A stretch of 64,000 nt of DNA from assembly GCA_964357635.1 (NCBI GenBank), contig CAYHLZ010000001.1, positions 198,674 to 262,673 of the forward strand, given 5' to 3'. Below the pieces are notes generated by a model, which had not been told where the DNA came from, searched no databases, and saw only the letters and a list, made by a program, of their open reading frames with translations. The stretch comes from an uncultured Candidatus Saccharibacteria bacterium (GTDB taxonomy: Bacteria > Patescibacteriota > Minisyncoccia > Phycocordibacterales > Zambryskibacteraceae). Shown piece by piece: positions 20,214-30,438 of the stretch. Both the position numbers and the translations under genes were made by a program. Within the stretch, counting starts at the first letter, position 1. Each line of letters opens with the position of its first letter.

Positions 20214-23200
20214 TTAACCCCCGAAAAGATTTTTCAGGAAGTTTATAAGTCCTCCTCCACTCTCGCTTTCCCCTACTGCTGCAGGCAAACGATCAAGATC
20301 AATATCTTCTTCGCCTTCCTCGTCAACATTTTCCTCTTCGTTGTTGGTGGTTGGAGTATTAGAGTTTGATTCTGGCAGAGCAGACGCTAGAGGTTCGTGC
20401 GGAACATTCGGATTCTTTGACCACTCAATAAGTTCAGGCAGTTGTATTGCTAGGTCTGGACACTCGAGCATGTTGATCCATCGCAGTGTCGTCTGATAGA
20501 CAAGACCTGTTGGACCGTTGAGATTCCACGGGGTGAGAACTTCGCCGGCAAACTTCTCTTGGAATGCTCTAAGCACTTCAAGAGTTTGCGGACCATAGAC
20601 ACCGGTAATCGGGAGGTTGGAATGCATCCACTTGTTCAGGAACGTTTGAAGAAGTTTGACTTGCTCCACGTCATTGTTGGCAGAACCGAAGCGGATGAAT
20701 CTGTCCATGTAGAGTAAACAGCTCTCGCGAAATGTGGAAGCTCCCAAAACCTGGCCGTTACCACTTCTGAAGTCTCTACTGGTACTTGATGGATTAGATG
20801 GCTCGTCAGCAAGTGTTGGAGGGTTAGGATCAGACTCGTCGTCGTCATTTGGGTCGTAAGAAGACGAATTGGAAGCATCACTGTCAGTATGACACCCAGG
20901 ATCCTCTGAATCGGTTGCTTGGTCTCCATCGTTGTCATCGTCGTCGGAACACTGAGGAAGTTCTTGTTGTGATGGACAATCCTCTGTGCTGCTTTGATTA
21001 CCTTCAACATACGGGCACACGTCAACTACAACGGGGGCATTGAATCCGACACAATAGTAAGTCTGTCCAGCGACCACAGGGTCAATTAAGTCATAGTTGT
21101 CGTAATTCAGAACATCGTCACTGCAGTAGAATTCGGCTGAAACATCCTGGTCTTGGGGTTCTGTGGTATCTCCGGAAAACGCAATATAATTGGAGTCAAA
21201 TTGTTCGCGTAGCCAGACCAGAGAACCTGCTGGAACAGAGACGCTCGTGGTAAATGGAGTCCAGGCTTCGCCACCTGCTTCTACGCTGTCTCCGGGGTTT
21301 GAAGTGCCGTTAGGAGCCCACTCAAAGGTCCATTCTTCAATATGACAATCTTGGGTTTCGTCTTCAAGATCATCTGCTAGGAAGTTAGGAACAGTGGTAG
21401 AAGTGATATCGGCACTACCCTCTCCCCAGTTCGGAAGGTCATCTTCAGAATCGCAGACAATTTTGGAGGCGTATATAGTTGCAGTGTCTGGATCTGGGTA
21501 ATTCGGAACACATTCGTTTTCTACCTCATGGTAACCTTCTTCGCATTCTTCTGGAGGTGGAGGCACACAGGCATTTTCATTAAGTGAGAGTTTGTAGAGA
21601 AGTCCTGCTGGGTTACTTGCTGGGTCGGCACTTTGCTCGGCTGACTCCCAGTTAGTTACCGTGATTTCTAGCGTGTTTAATCCGCTGATAAGAAGCGAGC
21701 TTACATCGTAAGAATCTTGAGTAGCGAGTTGGAAATTATTCTGGTCAAATACAACGGGCAGAGAATTTCCATTTAATTTGACACTGTAGTTGTTATCAGC
21801 TGCGACATCAAGAGTTCCACCAGTCGGTGTTCCAACGATGGCAAATGTCTTGGTAAATACTTTTGTCAGGTCGCCGTCATTCGTCGGGGCTTCAACCGGA
21901 TCGGTTGCCCAGATCCAAGTGGCGTCGGGAATAGATGCAGTCCAAGCTGGATGAATAAAGGTGAGTTCGGATGCGTATCCATCTCCGTCACTAGTAGTAT
22001 CGTCAGAAACTAAAGTCTGAGAACTTACTACATCTTCACAAGGGGTTTGTTTCGGCACACAGACCAGACTTGCGTTATCAAGGTATCCACCAAAGCTGGT
22101 GTCGGTGCCGTTGTCAGAGAATTCAATTTTAGTCGTTGGATTAGTGGCTGTAAATGTGCGGCTGATGCTTTCCCAAACTGTATTGCCATTTAGGGTTCCG
22201 TCTGTCGCAACATTTGCGCCAAGTACCGAGCCATCAACTTTTACCTGCAAACTATTGTCTGCCAAATTGCGTCCAGGTCTTGGAGAATAATTGAAGTTAA
22301 GAGCGTATTCTTCCCCTACGATAGTAGGAATGTTCTGCCAAATTGTAACTGGATGGTCTCCGTCTAGTTCAGCATGTTGTGCTCCTGATGCTGGTGATCC
22401 AGCAACATTATTCTGAATCTCAAGACCAAGAGTTCCACCCTCTTGTGGGGTTACCCAAGCGACGAACCATTCAAGAAGAGGGTTTGAATCAGGAATGATG
22501 CTCCATGTCCCGTTACCTAAAACTGGCGTCTCAAAACCTCCGTTTTCTAGAAGGTTAAGTTCTGGCACACAAGCCTGAGGTGGCTCAACGTCATCATTGG
22601 TGACTGTGCATGTTTTCTCATCACCTAGCGCCATATTGCCAGAACAGTCTTCAGAAAATGTCGGAACACCGTAGCCCGGAGCAATTGACTCCGCAACACC
22701 ATAGGGACCTACACCAAGAATTACAAGAGTACCCTCTTCAGAGCCGGGAAATTGTCCTGCAGGGTTTGCGTTAACACCGTTTACAATAAGTGAAAAATCG
22801 TCGGCTTCTGCCGTACCGTTGTCATCATTAACCACGTGTTTGATAACTGTAAGAGTCGGGAGTTTTGAATTGGTTATGGTGCAGGTGTATGGTCCATTGC
22901 CATTATCTACAGGAATGTTGTTGCAATGATTAGCATTCTCTCCTGGTCGATCACTTGAGTAAGTGGCTGTGTAGCCGGATTCTGAATCCTCTACAACATC
23001 GTAAACGCCGTTAGCAAGTCCTGTAATTAGATTTGTACCGTCCGCCTCAAACTGATATCCGATTGGAGGAACTTCTCCTTGCTTATCAACAGTGAAACTG
23101 AAATCGTCTGCGCCTGCTTCCTCGTCACCGACAAAGACTTTCTTTACAATCAGTTGGATCGGCTCGTTTGTGAAGGTGCAAGTAATATCTTCATAGAGCG

Positions 23201-24044
23201 AAACGTTAACAGTGGCGGTACCTGTCTCTAGATCAATCTCGGCAGTTTCATCATCACAGTAAATACCTGTTAAGACGTAGCCATCTTTTTGGCTTTCCGT
23301 AACGGTGTAAATCCCTTCAACTAGATTGCCCAGCTTATGTTTTTCACCACCACCCAGAGAGAAGTTATCAGAGCCTTCTACGTTTGAAGAAAAGTCAAAC
23401 TTATCCTTAGTTGGTGAAGTTACGACCTTTCTTACTGCAATGTTGCCGAGCCTATCACCCTTAACGAGGACCCCATCTACACGGAAATATTCACTGGAAT
23501 CACTGGAAGATTGTCTAAAGCGTAGTATAAACGAGGAGTTATTTAGAGAGTCAGACAAATCAACAGACTGCATCGTACTCCAGCTTTCGTGCACATTGTT
23601 GTTTCCGTCGTCCAATTCGTGGGTTGCAAGCGATGTCCAGCCGGACGCTGAAGTGCAACTACCTGAAGCCCTGTATTCTACCGTGCCACTTTCGCTATCT
23701 TCGGCATCTGCGTCACCTCGCCAGAAATAATGTAAAAAGAGATTGGTATGTCCTGAAGTATCTATCGTTCTACAAATCCAGTCATCTTCGCCGATCTTTG
23801 CAAAAAGATCACCCTGTGGACTTACCTGATCTTCACCGCTTATAGCACCGGGTTGAGGAATGGTAGAAGAATCGTTGTCTGTCCCTTCTTCATTCCACCC
23901 ACTGATATCATCTGGATCAGAACCTGCAGTAAAACCATCACTAAAAACAGTTGCTGCGGAAACTGTTTTTGGAACCAAGAAGGCTAAGGAAACAAAAAGC
24001 CCGAACACGAGAAAAGTGTCTAGAATAAAACTTATTTTCTTCAT
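20214..24044 (-). CDS. Large secreted/surface multidomain protein (Ig/prealbumin-like repeats, DUF642-like and lectin-like domains, Asp-rich Ca-binding segment, peptidoglycan-binding-like domain)
   Basis: Signal peptide; repeated 'L.V.K.V...CT.TN' units; NGGFETP; 'CSDDDDNDGDQATD..DPGC'; 'VKLLQTFLN...TGVYGPQT'. Confidence 0.8.
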   Translation of the reverse strand: MKKISFILDTFLVFGLFVSLAFLVPKTVSAATVFSDGFTAGSDPDDISGWNEEGTDNDSSTIPQPGAISGEDQVSPQGDLFAKIGEDDWICRTIDTSGHTNLFLHYFWRGDADAEDSESGTVEYRASGSCTSASGWTSLATHELDDGNNNVHESWSTMQSVDLSDSLNNSSFILRFRQSSSDSSEYFRVDGVLVKGDRLGNIAVRKVVTSPTKDKFDFSSNVEGSDNFSLGGGEKHKLGNLVEGIYTVTESQKDGYVLTGIYCDDETAEIDLETGTATVNVSLYEDITCTFTNEPIQLIVKKVFVGDEEAGADDFSFTVDKQGEVPPIGYQFEADGTNLITGLANGVYDVVEDSESGYTATYSSDRPGENANHCNNIPVDNGNGPYTCTITNSKLPTLTVIKHVVNDDNGTAEADDFSLIVNGVNANPAGQFPGSEEGTLVILGVGPYGVAESIAPGYGVPTFSEDCSGNMALGDEKTCTVTNDDVEPPQACVPELNLLENGGFETPVLGNGTWSIIPDSNPLLEWFVAWVTPQEGGTLGLEIQNNVAGSPASGAQHAELDGDHPVTIWQNIPTIVGEEYALNFNYSPRPGRNLADNSLQVKVDGSVLGANVATDGTLNGNTVWESISRTFTATNPTTKIEFSDNGTDTSFGGYLDNASLVCVPKQTPCEDVVSSQTLVSDDTTSDGDGYASELTFIHPAWTASIPDATWIWATDPVEAPTNDGDLTKVFTKTFAIVGTPTGGTLDVAADNNYSVKLNGNSLPVVFDQNNFQLATQDSYDVSSLLISGLNTLEITVTNWESAEQSADPASNPAGLLYKLSLNENACVPPPPEECEEGYHEVENECVPNYPDPDTATIYASKIVCDSEDDLPNWGEGSADITSTTVPNFLADDLEDETQDCHIEEWTFEWAPNGTSNPGDSVEAGGEAWTPFTTSVSVPAGSLVWLREQFDSNYIAFSGDTTEPQDQDVSAEFYCSDDVLNYDNYDLIDPVVAGQTYYCVGFNAPVVVDVCPYVEGNQSSTEDCPSQQELPQCSDDDDNDGDQATDSEDPGCHTDSDASNSSSYDPNDDDESDPNPPTLADEPSNPSSTSRDFRSGNGQVLGASTFRESCLLYMDRFIRFGSANNDVEQVKLLQTFLNKWMHSNLPITGVYGPQTLEVLRAFQEKFAGEVLTPWNLNGPTGLVYQTTLRWINMLECPDLAIQLPELIEWSKNPNVPHEPLASALPESNSNTPTTNNEEENVDEEGEEDIDLDRLPAAVGESESGGGLINFLKNLFGG

Positions 24045-24143
24045 ATTTTTTGGTATCAAGCTTATTAATTAAATAGGAATGGGAGCTCTCTAAAAGAGAG
24101 GATACTCCTATATGCCTTTGGGTGTCAAATGAGGATTTGACAA

Positions 24144-24172
24144 TTGACAAGACTGGTTATTTTTTATATGGT
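24144..24172 (+). promoter_or_regulatory. sigma70-type promoter
   Basis: TTGACA-17 nt-TATGGT upstream of the 24214 ORF. Confidence 0.6.
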
Positions 24173-24213
24173 CAAGGCGGTTTAGCGCCATTCCGGCGCT
24201 TATGGAGACTGCG

Positions 24214-24867
24214 ATGAAAAATGTGTTCTTTTCAATCGTTCTCTTGTTCGCGTCGGTATCGGCGTTCGCTGGGGGGACAACTTCCTCCGGAGGCACGGTG
24301 TACACCTCAATCTCGAACGAATCGTTTGGTTATGCCGACCTTCGCGGTGGGGACGGTGGGTGCATCGAGACCGAGACAATCATGTATGCGACGAGGTCCG
24401 CCAACCGGATCAACTTTGAGAAATGGATCATCACTACAGAGGTCAAGATCGACTCTATGGTCCGGCGCAACACCTGTACCGGTGTGCTCGAGTTCAGTGC
24501 TTCCGGAATCGGTCCAGTCGAGAGCTTCCAGCACATTGCCAGTACGTCCAAGGACGGAGTGGTAACCGATGCCATGGCGTCGGTCGTGGCAACCGTTCTC
24601 GTTAACGACACTGTGTCCGGCTCACGAGTTCCGGTGAGAGTCAGTCTCATCTGGACCGCCTTCGGAGTAAAGACGCTGCTCAACCACGAAACGAAACACA
24701 TATACCCGGGGGGATACTGGGATCTCTCAGCTCTTCTCCGCGGTAGTATGTACATCGAGTCGTCAGTTGCGGGTTCGCTCTCCGACGGTGTCTACGAGTA
24801 CGCCCAGACCTACGCATCTGCAACTTGGGCGCAAACGAACAACCTGTACATGGAGAACTCTCCGTAA
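24214..24867 (+). CDS. Hypothetical secreted protein (GC-richer codon usage)
   Basis: GGAG before the ATG, signal peptide 'MKNVFFSIVLLFASVSAFA', followed by a terminator. Confidence 0.72.
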   Translation: MKNVFFSIVLLFASVSAFAGGTTSSGGTVYTSISNESFGYADLRGGDGGCIETETIMYATRSANRINFEKWIITTEVKIDSMVRRNTCTGVLEFSASGIGPVESFQHIASTSKDGVVTDAMASVVATVLVNDTVSGSRVPVRVSLIWTAFGVKTLLNHETKHIYPGGYWDLSALLRGSMYIESSVAGSLSDGVYEYAQTYASATWAQTNNLYMENSP

Positions 24868-24888
24868 TGATTCGGCGCAAGTCGCCAC

Positions 24889-24924
24889 AAGGTGCTCCGG
24901 TGTCTAACATCGGAGCACTTTTTT
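24889..24924 (+). terminator. Intrinsic terminator
   Basis: GTGCTCCG...CGGAGCAC followed by a T run. Confidence 0.75.
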
Positions 24925-26248
24925 AATTAATCATTTTTATCTTGGCACCTATTTTATTAAGCCTACCAACGATATTTTCATACCCACGGTTTATGGCATA
25001 GACATTTCTAAGCGTCGACTTGCCCCGAGCGCCAAGCATCGCGACAAGAAGCATGACAGAAGGTCGGAGCGCTGGTGGACAGACTATCTGTGTCCCCCGA
25101 AGTTTCGTCGGTCCTTCTACAAAAACTCTGTGAGAGTCTGCAAGTTTTATAGAAGCTCCCAAGCGGTTAAGCTCGGTAAAGAAAACTGCCCTGTCTTCCC
25201 ACATCCAGTCGTGTATGAGAGTGCTCCCTGTCGCCTGTGTCGCAATGGGTACAAAAAATGGCAGGTTGTCTGTATTGATACCGGGGTAAGGCAGAGCGTG
25301 AATCTTGTCGTGAAGTGCGGTGAGCTTGGAAGGTTTTATAGTGATGTCCACCAGTTTCGTTTTTCTGTTCTTAGATAAATAAGTTTTTGAGAGTAAGAAC
25401 TTCTGACCCATCTTCTCAAGTTTGAGAAGTTCTACTTTTAAGAAATCTATTGGTGCCCGCTTCACTGTAAGTTTGGAGCGAGTTAAGATGGCAGCGGTGA
25501 CAAAAAACATTGCTTCAATAGGATCCTCGCTGTTGTAGTACTCAATATCTTTTTCTATATTTGGACTGCCTACTATGGTGAGAGTCTTCGTGCCGATGCC
25601 ATCTATTTTTATTCCTAGTTGAGCCAAGAAATAACACACTTCAAGAGTCATGTAGTTCTGCTGGGCGAAGTCAATAACCGTTTTCTGTGACAACACAGCT
25701 GCTCGCAGTATCGCATTAGTCGTGCCGGTATCCGATGCCTCGTACATCACCACTTCTTTGCGTGGAGGTTTGGCACTGGAAATCTGGTAGTGATTTTCTT
25801 TAGTTATAATTTTTAACCCCAAGTCTTCTAGAGCAAAGCGGTGCGCAGCAATGGTTCTCTCCCCCATCTTACAGCCACCGATATGCGGTAGTTTAAAGGA
25901 TTTAAAGCGTCCCGAGAGTGGGCCAATAAGCATTAGGGTAGAACGGATCCTGCCGGCGGCACGGGCGTTGATTTTATTTATTGAAAAGTTTTTAGGTGGA
26001 GAGATGGTGATTGTATGTTTGTCAGTCCATAAGACTTTTATGCCAAGACTTTTAAAAACTTCTATCAGGCGGTTAACTTCCTCTATGCGAGGGATGTTGT
26101 GGAGCGTAGTTTTGCCTCTGTTCACTAAAGCGGCGGCAAAGAGATGTGTTGCGCCGTTTTTAGACGAGTTGGTGGTAATAGTGCCCGAAAGTTTGCGTCC
26201 TCCCTCTATCTCAAAGTTGTCGCCATCTGACTGTTGGTTTTTTGCCAT
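24923..26248 (-). CDS. murA: UDP-N-acetylglucosamine 1-carboxyvinyltransferase
   Basis: SKN, GGCKMGER active-site Cys loop, PYPGINTD, LR, INRGYE. Confidence 0.93.
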   Translation of the reverse strand: MAKNQQSDGDNFEIEGGRKLSGTITTNSSKNGATHLFAAALVNRGKTTLHNIPRIEEVNRLIEVFKSLGIKVLWTDKHTITISPPKNFSINKINARAAGRIRSTLMLIGPLSGRFKSFKLPHIGGCKMGERTIAAHRFALEDLGLKIITKENHYQISSAKPPRKEVVMYEASDTGTTNAILRAAVLSQKTVIDFAQQNYMTLEVCYFLAQLGIKIDGIGTKTLTIVGSPNIEKDIEYYNSEDPIEAMFFVTAAILTRSKLTVKRAPIDFLKVELLKLEKMGQKFLLSKTYLSKNRKTKLVDITIKPSKLTALHDKIHALPYPGINTDNLPFFVPIATQATGSTLIHDWMWEDRAVFFTELNRLGASIKLADSHRVFVEGPTKLRGTQIVCPPALRPSVMLLVAMLGARGKSTLRNVYAINRGYENIVGRLNKIGAKIKMIN

Positions 26249-26252
26249 ATTT

Positions 26253-26810
26253 TTATTCAAACCTGACTGGGATCTCAAGCGCATCATCGTGCTCTGGCAG
26301 ACCAGAGGGGTTGTCCTTCTTTAAGATAAGTGTGCCACGTTTGCTATAAACTTCTGGGTTTACAGTAAAGTTTAGTGTCGTCTCAAATGGCACAAAGTCT
26401 TCTGTCATCCAGCCTGCCCCGCCATCGGCGGGGTCACTTTTCGCAGTCGCAATACCTTCAGCGATGATGAGTCCGTCCCAGTCTGTAAGATAAACTGGAA
26501 AACTAGCTTCAAAGAACCAGTATCCTCTCGCCTCTCCCTTGACTACGAGTGGGCTCTTTATAACCTGATTCGGTCTTGGGTTATTAAGCACTATAAGATC
26601 CATCTTTAAAAGTTCATTACCAATATCTTCTGTATAAGTTTTATCGCCGTCTCTACATTGCCTGGGGTAGCTCTCCATCACTGGATTTCCCTTCGCCACA
26701 CATTCTTCAAAACTAAGAGCAAGCTCTGTCTTACGACTATCTAAATGAAACCATGTGCCAAGACCTAAAACAATTAAGGCAAAAATAAAGATAAGGAATG
26801 TTTTTCTCAT
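26253..26810 (-). CDS. Membrane-anchored Gmad2-like immunoglobulin-domain protein
   Basis: 'GEARGYWFFEASFPV', 'WMTEDFVPF', 'KDNPSGLPE'; N-terminal 'FEECV..GNPVMESYPRQC' module. Confidence 0.8.
   Translation of the reverse strand: MRKTFLIFIFALIVLGLGTWFHLDSRKTELALSFEECVAKGNPVMESYPRQCRDGDKTYTEDIGNELLKMDLIVLNNPRPNQVIKSPLVVKGEARGYWFFEASFPVYLTDWDGLIIAEGIATAKSDPADGGAGWMTEDFVPFETTLNFTVNPEVYSKRGTLILKKDNPSGLPEHDDALEIPVRFE
26413..26433 (-). repeat. 21-nt GC-rich palindromic insertion, in frame
   Basis: CCCCGCC-GAT-GGCGGGG-CAGG encoding PADGGAG. Confidence 0.7.
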
Positions 26811-27190
26811 ACTATGTAGGGTAGAAATATGGTGAGACCGATAACGAGAGCGGTGATGGCAGAGATAAGAACTGCTCCAGCGGCGACGTCCTTGGTGTCT
26901 CTGGCGTATGGATGGGTTCCTGGTGAAGTTAGATTTATATCTATCTCAATGGCTGTATTAAAGGCTTCAGAAGCGAGCACAAATCCGAAAGCCAAGGTAA
27001 GTACTGCCCATTCTAAAGATGGGATGTCAAAGTAAATACCGAGTAGAATTGCACCGAGAAATACTACTATCTGTATCCAGGCATTGTGGGTTGTCTTAAT
27101 AAAGAGTTTAAGTCCCCTGCCCGCATGCACAAAACTCTTGGCGCGTTTAACGAGAGAAAACTCTTCTTTGGTATCAATTTTCTCGTCCAT
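26807..27190 (-). CDS. dgkA: Diacylglycerol/undecaprenol kinase family protein (start MDEKID)
   Basis: SF.HA.RG, E.FNTAIE, KDVAAGAVL. Confidence 0.9.
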   Translation of the reverse strand: MDEKIDTKEEFSLVKRAKSFVHAGRGLKLFIKTTHNAWIQIVVFLGAILLGIYFDIPSLEWAVLTLAFGFVLASEAFNTAIEIDINLTSPGTHPYARDTKDVAAGAVLISAITALVIGLTIFLPYIV

Positions 27191-27262
27191 GTGCACAAAT
27201 TGTATCAGAAAATGGGTTATAATATAAGGTATTACTGAATTAGATAATAATGAATAAACGAT

Positions 27263-27709
27263 ATGAATAAATTTCTTGGATGTAATTGTTTCGGTAAGTG
27301 TAGAGACTGGGCGCCACTTGTCTTGCGTCTTGCTCTCGGTACGGTCTTTGCTTGGCACGGTTATGACAAAATCTTTACTATCGGACACGAGGGCGTCACA
27401 GGATTTTTGGGAAGCCTTGGTCTTCCGCTCCCATCTCTTATGGCCTACATCCTAGCCTACGGTGAATTTATCGGCGGTCTCTTGTTAATCGTCGGTCTCT
27501 TTACTCACTGGGCCGCTAAGTTTGGTCTAATCGTGGCTCTGGTTGCCTTCTTTACCGTTCATGTATCCAATGGCTTCTCTATTGCGAACGGTGGTTACGA
27601 GTTCATTATGCTTATCGGCGCAGCCTCTCTATCGCTTCTTATAACTGGTGCAGGTAAGTACTCACTTGACGCAAGGTGGCATAAAAATTCTAGTCCCGAA
27701 AGTAACTAA
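27263..27709 (+). CDS. DoxX family membrane protein
   Basis: LRLALG.VFAWHGYDK, E..GG.LL..GLFT, GGYEF, GAGKYSLD. Confidence 0.92.
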   Translation: MNKFLGCNCFGKCRDWAPLVLRLALGTVFAWHGYDKIFTIGHEGVTGFLGSLGLPLPSLMAYILAYGEFIGGLLLIVGLFTHWAAKFGLIVALVAFFTVHVSNGFSIANGGYEFIMLIGAASLSLLITGAGKYSLDARWHKNSSPESN

Positions 27710-27735
27710 AAATCTCTTTTATTATTGTTTCCGTA

Positions 27736-28449
27736 CTAGTAACCGGTGAATTCTTCAGTTCTGATATCGTCGTTACTTACCCCGCTCCTGTTTAGCATGT
27801 CTCGCATGGCGGTCACCATGGTTATGGGTCCTGCGATGTAGTAGATGGGAGTAAGTTTTTTGTCTACATGCCTCGCAAGCATCTCCGCATTGATATATCC
27901 CCTCTCGCCAAGCCATTTCTCTTTGGAACTTTCCATGTTGGTCATAGTGCCGACAAATTTAAAGTTTCTATCGTGAAATGGTAAGGAAATAAGGTTTTCT
28001 AGAAATGGTGCATCCTCTGGTCGCCGGTTGGAGTAAAGAAGAATGATTTTGTGCGGAAGAGAGCGGAGAGATGCATTCGTCACCATTGAGTAAAAGGGTG
28101 TGATCCCTATACCACCGGCTAAGAAAATTGCGGGCCTATTTACATTTTCATGTAGAAAGAAGTCACCGTATGGTCCTTCAATACTTAATTCTGTTCCCAC
28201 ACTCATATTTTTCAAAACACGTTTGAAGGATGTGTCTCGCATGCGAGTAGCTATGGCAAGGTGTTCATCTGTGGGAACGCTCGCCAGAGAAAAAGTGCGT
28301 TTGTCCCCCTCGGCATCAGTCTCTGGTGAATTAATAAGGAAAAAGTCGGCGTTTTGCCCTGCCTTATATTCAAAGTCCTTGGGTTTCTCAAACTTAAAGA
28401 GCATCGTTCCTTCGGCTATGGTCTCGGAGCCTAGGAGTTTCGTTTGCAT
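27736..28449 (-). CDS. FAD/NAD(P)-binding ferredoxin-reductase-type oxidoreductase
   Basis: RTFSLAS, EGPYG, AGGIGITPF, YYIAGP, EEFTGY. Confidence 0.92.
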   Translation of the reverse strand: MQTKLLGSETIAEGTMLFKFEKPKDFEYKAGQNADFFLINSPETDAEGDKRTFSLASVPTDEHLAIATRMRDTSFKRVLKNMSVGTELSIEGPYGDFFLHENVNRPAIFLAGGIGITPFYSMVTNASLRSLPHKIILLYSNRRPEDAPFLENLISLPFHDRNFKFVGTMTNMESSKEKWLGERGYINAEMLARHVDKKLTPIYYIAGPITMVTAMRDMLNRSGVSNDDIRTEEFTGY

Positions 28450-28453
28450 ATAT

Positions 28454-29848
28454 TTATTCTATCTCACAGCGTTGGTCGTGTGGGTCAAAGATAGATTGCT
28501 CAACCTTCTCGCCCTTGATAAAACGAGAAATTCTCATACCACCAAAAATAGATGGCAAGATGCCCACGCCGTTACAACCGAGATTATAAAGGAGAGCGGT
28601 GTTACATGGCTCGGGACCCACTCTTCTGATGCCGTTGGGCGTGTAGCCCATAAGTCCGTGCCAAGAGAAAGCGTATTCAAAGTCAGTTTCAGGATATTTG
28701 TTGTAATTGTCACGAAGAAAGTTGTCTATAAGTATGCGCATATCTTCAGAAGAAGCTTCTTCGCGAGAGTAAAGAGCATGGTTGGGTAAAACTTTCTCTG
28801 GTCCACCAGTACAGGTCAGGTTAAACGAGGTGTCACCTTCGTGCTCGTGGGGGCGACGAGTAAGGTAGAAATATTCTTCGCCTGTTGGGTCAATGCTTTC
28901 TCCATAATCTTTCGGGAGATAACTAATAGCTATCGGCGGATGCTTCATGGGTTCAACATATCCAGACATGTAACCGATGCGCCCAGCGATGGAGTGGTGG
29001 AATTTAGTATCAATCTCTCTGCCAGTAGTGTTCAAGATTTTAAAGTTCTGAAACCCGTTGGTGCAGAGAACAATATTTCTCGCATTCACGGTGTAACCCA
29101 AGACGAGAAGTGAGCCCCCACCCTCTTTCAACTGAACAGTTTTTACCGGACTTCCTTCGTAGAAAGAAAATCTGTCTTTATATGTTGCCCCGAGATAACC
29201 GGCAAGTTCTTCCGAAAACATTGCACTGTTCATACAACCTTTCTGATAAGAAAGAGATGCTATGTAGACAGGGTTATTGCTCTCAATCAGATTTAAAACA
29301 TCTTTGTGTGAGGCGAGTTCATAAAGGTCTTTAAACTCTTCTGGAATCTCTGTGTGTTCGCTCCATTCCTCCGACACTATTAACTGCTCTGCAGGTAAAC
29401 CGCCCTGAACCCGAAAACGATTGCACTTAAGTTGCAAGATTACTTGGTCCAATGTTGAAAGACTGGCATAACCAGTAAAGCGATAAAGCGGGGTCTGAAG
29501 TTTCGCCTCTGCCATTATTTGGTCTATAAGTAGCCAGCCAGACTCAACCGACCTCTGACCATCTAGAGCTAGGTCAAAGCCAAATTCTTCTACCAGTTCT
29601 GTCAGTGGTCGCTCAAAGTAGCTTGTAATCTGACCCGCGTTGTGTCCCGTTGCCCCGTGCGCAATCTTATCGGCTTCCAACAGAACAACTTTTTTATCTG
29701 TGTTGCGCAAGATAAAGTAAGCTGTGACAACCCCAGCAATACCGCCACCAACGATAGCAACATCGCTATCTTGGCTTCTATTTATAGGAGAAACACCTCT
29801 CACGCGCTTCAGCTGTTTTATCCACGGCGAGTGATTCGGTATTGGCAT
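28454..29848 (-). CDS. FAD-dependent oxidoreductase (DAO/PuuB-like)
   Basis: IVGGGIAG, GATGHNAG, W.GLMGYT, GCNGVG. Confidence 0.88.
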   Translation of the reverse strand: MPIPNHSPWIKQLKRVRGVSPINRSQDSDVAIVGGGIAGVVTAYFILRNTDKKVVLLEADKIAHGATGHNAGQITSYFERPLTELVEEFGFDLALDGQRSVESGWLLIDQIMAEAKLQTPLYRFTGYASLSTLDQVILQLKCNRFRVQGGLPAEQLIVSEEWSEHTEIPEEFKDLYELASHKDVLNLIESNNPVYIASLSYQKGCMNSAMFSEELAGYLGATYKDRFSFYEGSPVKTVQLKEGGGSLLVLGYTVNARNIVLCTNGFQNFKILNTTGREIDTKFHHSIAGRIGYMSGYVEPMKHPPIAISYLPKDYGESIDPTGEEYFYLTRRPHEHEGDTSFNLTCTGGPEKVLPNHALYSREEASSEDMRILIDNFLRDNYNKYPETDFEYAFSWHGLMGYTPNGIRRVGPEPCNTALLYNLGCNGVGILPSIFGGMRISRFIKGEKVEQSIFDPHDQRCEIE

Positions 29849-29888
29849 CCTCTAATTATACAACCTTTCGTACTAGACTGGCTTAGGC

Positions 29889-30356
29889 TCAATTATTTCC
29901 GTTCACAATCTCTGCGATTTTTGGATTCCAAAGAATCATGTCCCCCTCTCTTTTACCATCATATTTCCAATCATGTTTTATTGGTACTTTTTTTATAGAA
30001 TCATTGCTTATCGCTAGGTTGTTACCTATATAAAAACCGAGATGTGGATGCCCATCTGTTTCATTTGATGGTTTCCAGACGATAACACTGCCTACAATTG
30101 GTTCGGAAATTTCACTCCAGCCAGACTCCTTCAAATCCCTAACGGTAGAAGAAACCGTGGCGTGAATTTCTTTTATATATTTGCAGATTACTAAAATGGA
30201 TGAAGCATAGAAAGCACATGACAGTCTGCCATTGTCCGTCGCATCAAGTTTCTCTCCATCGGAATTAATATAAAGATTTTGAAACATCTCTGTGCCGACA
30301 CTTTTCTCTATCATAGAAAGATAAGTATCAAACTGGCGAGGAGTTATCTTTGGCAT
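29889..30356 (-). CDS. Hypothetical protein, NlpC/P60- or CHAP-like papain fold (paralog of 30439..30954)
   Basis: SCAFYAS..., P..GSVIVW, HLGF. Confidence 0.65.
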   Translation of the reverse strand: MPKITPRQFDTYLSMIEKSVGTEMFQNLYINSDGEKLDATDNGRLSCAFYASSILVICKYIKEIHATVSSTVRDLKESGWSEISEPIVGSVIVWKPSNETDGHPHLGFYIGNNLAISNDSIKKVPIKHDWKYDGKREGDMILWNPKIAEIVNGNN

Positions 30357-30438
30357 GCCAAAAATTCTATCACAAGAGAAAAAGAAAACCCCGCGCCTGC
30401 CAAATGGCTAACGCGGGGCGGAGGTGGGGTCTCGAGGT

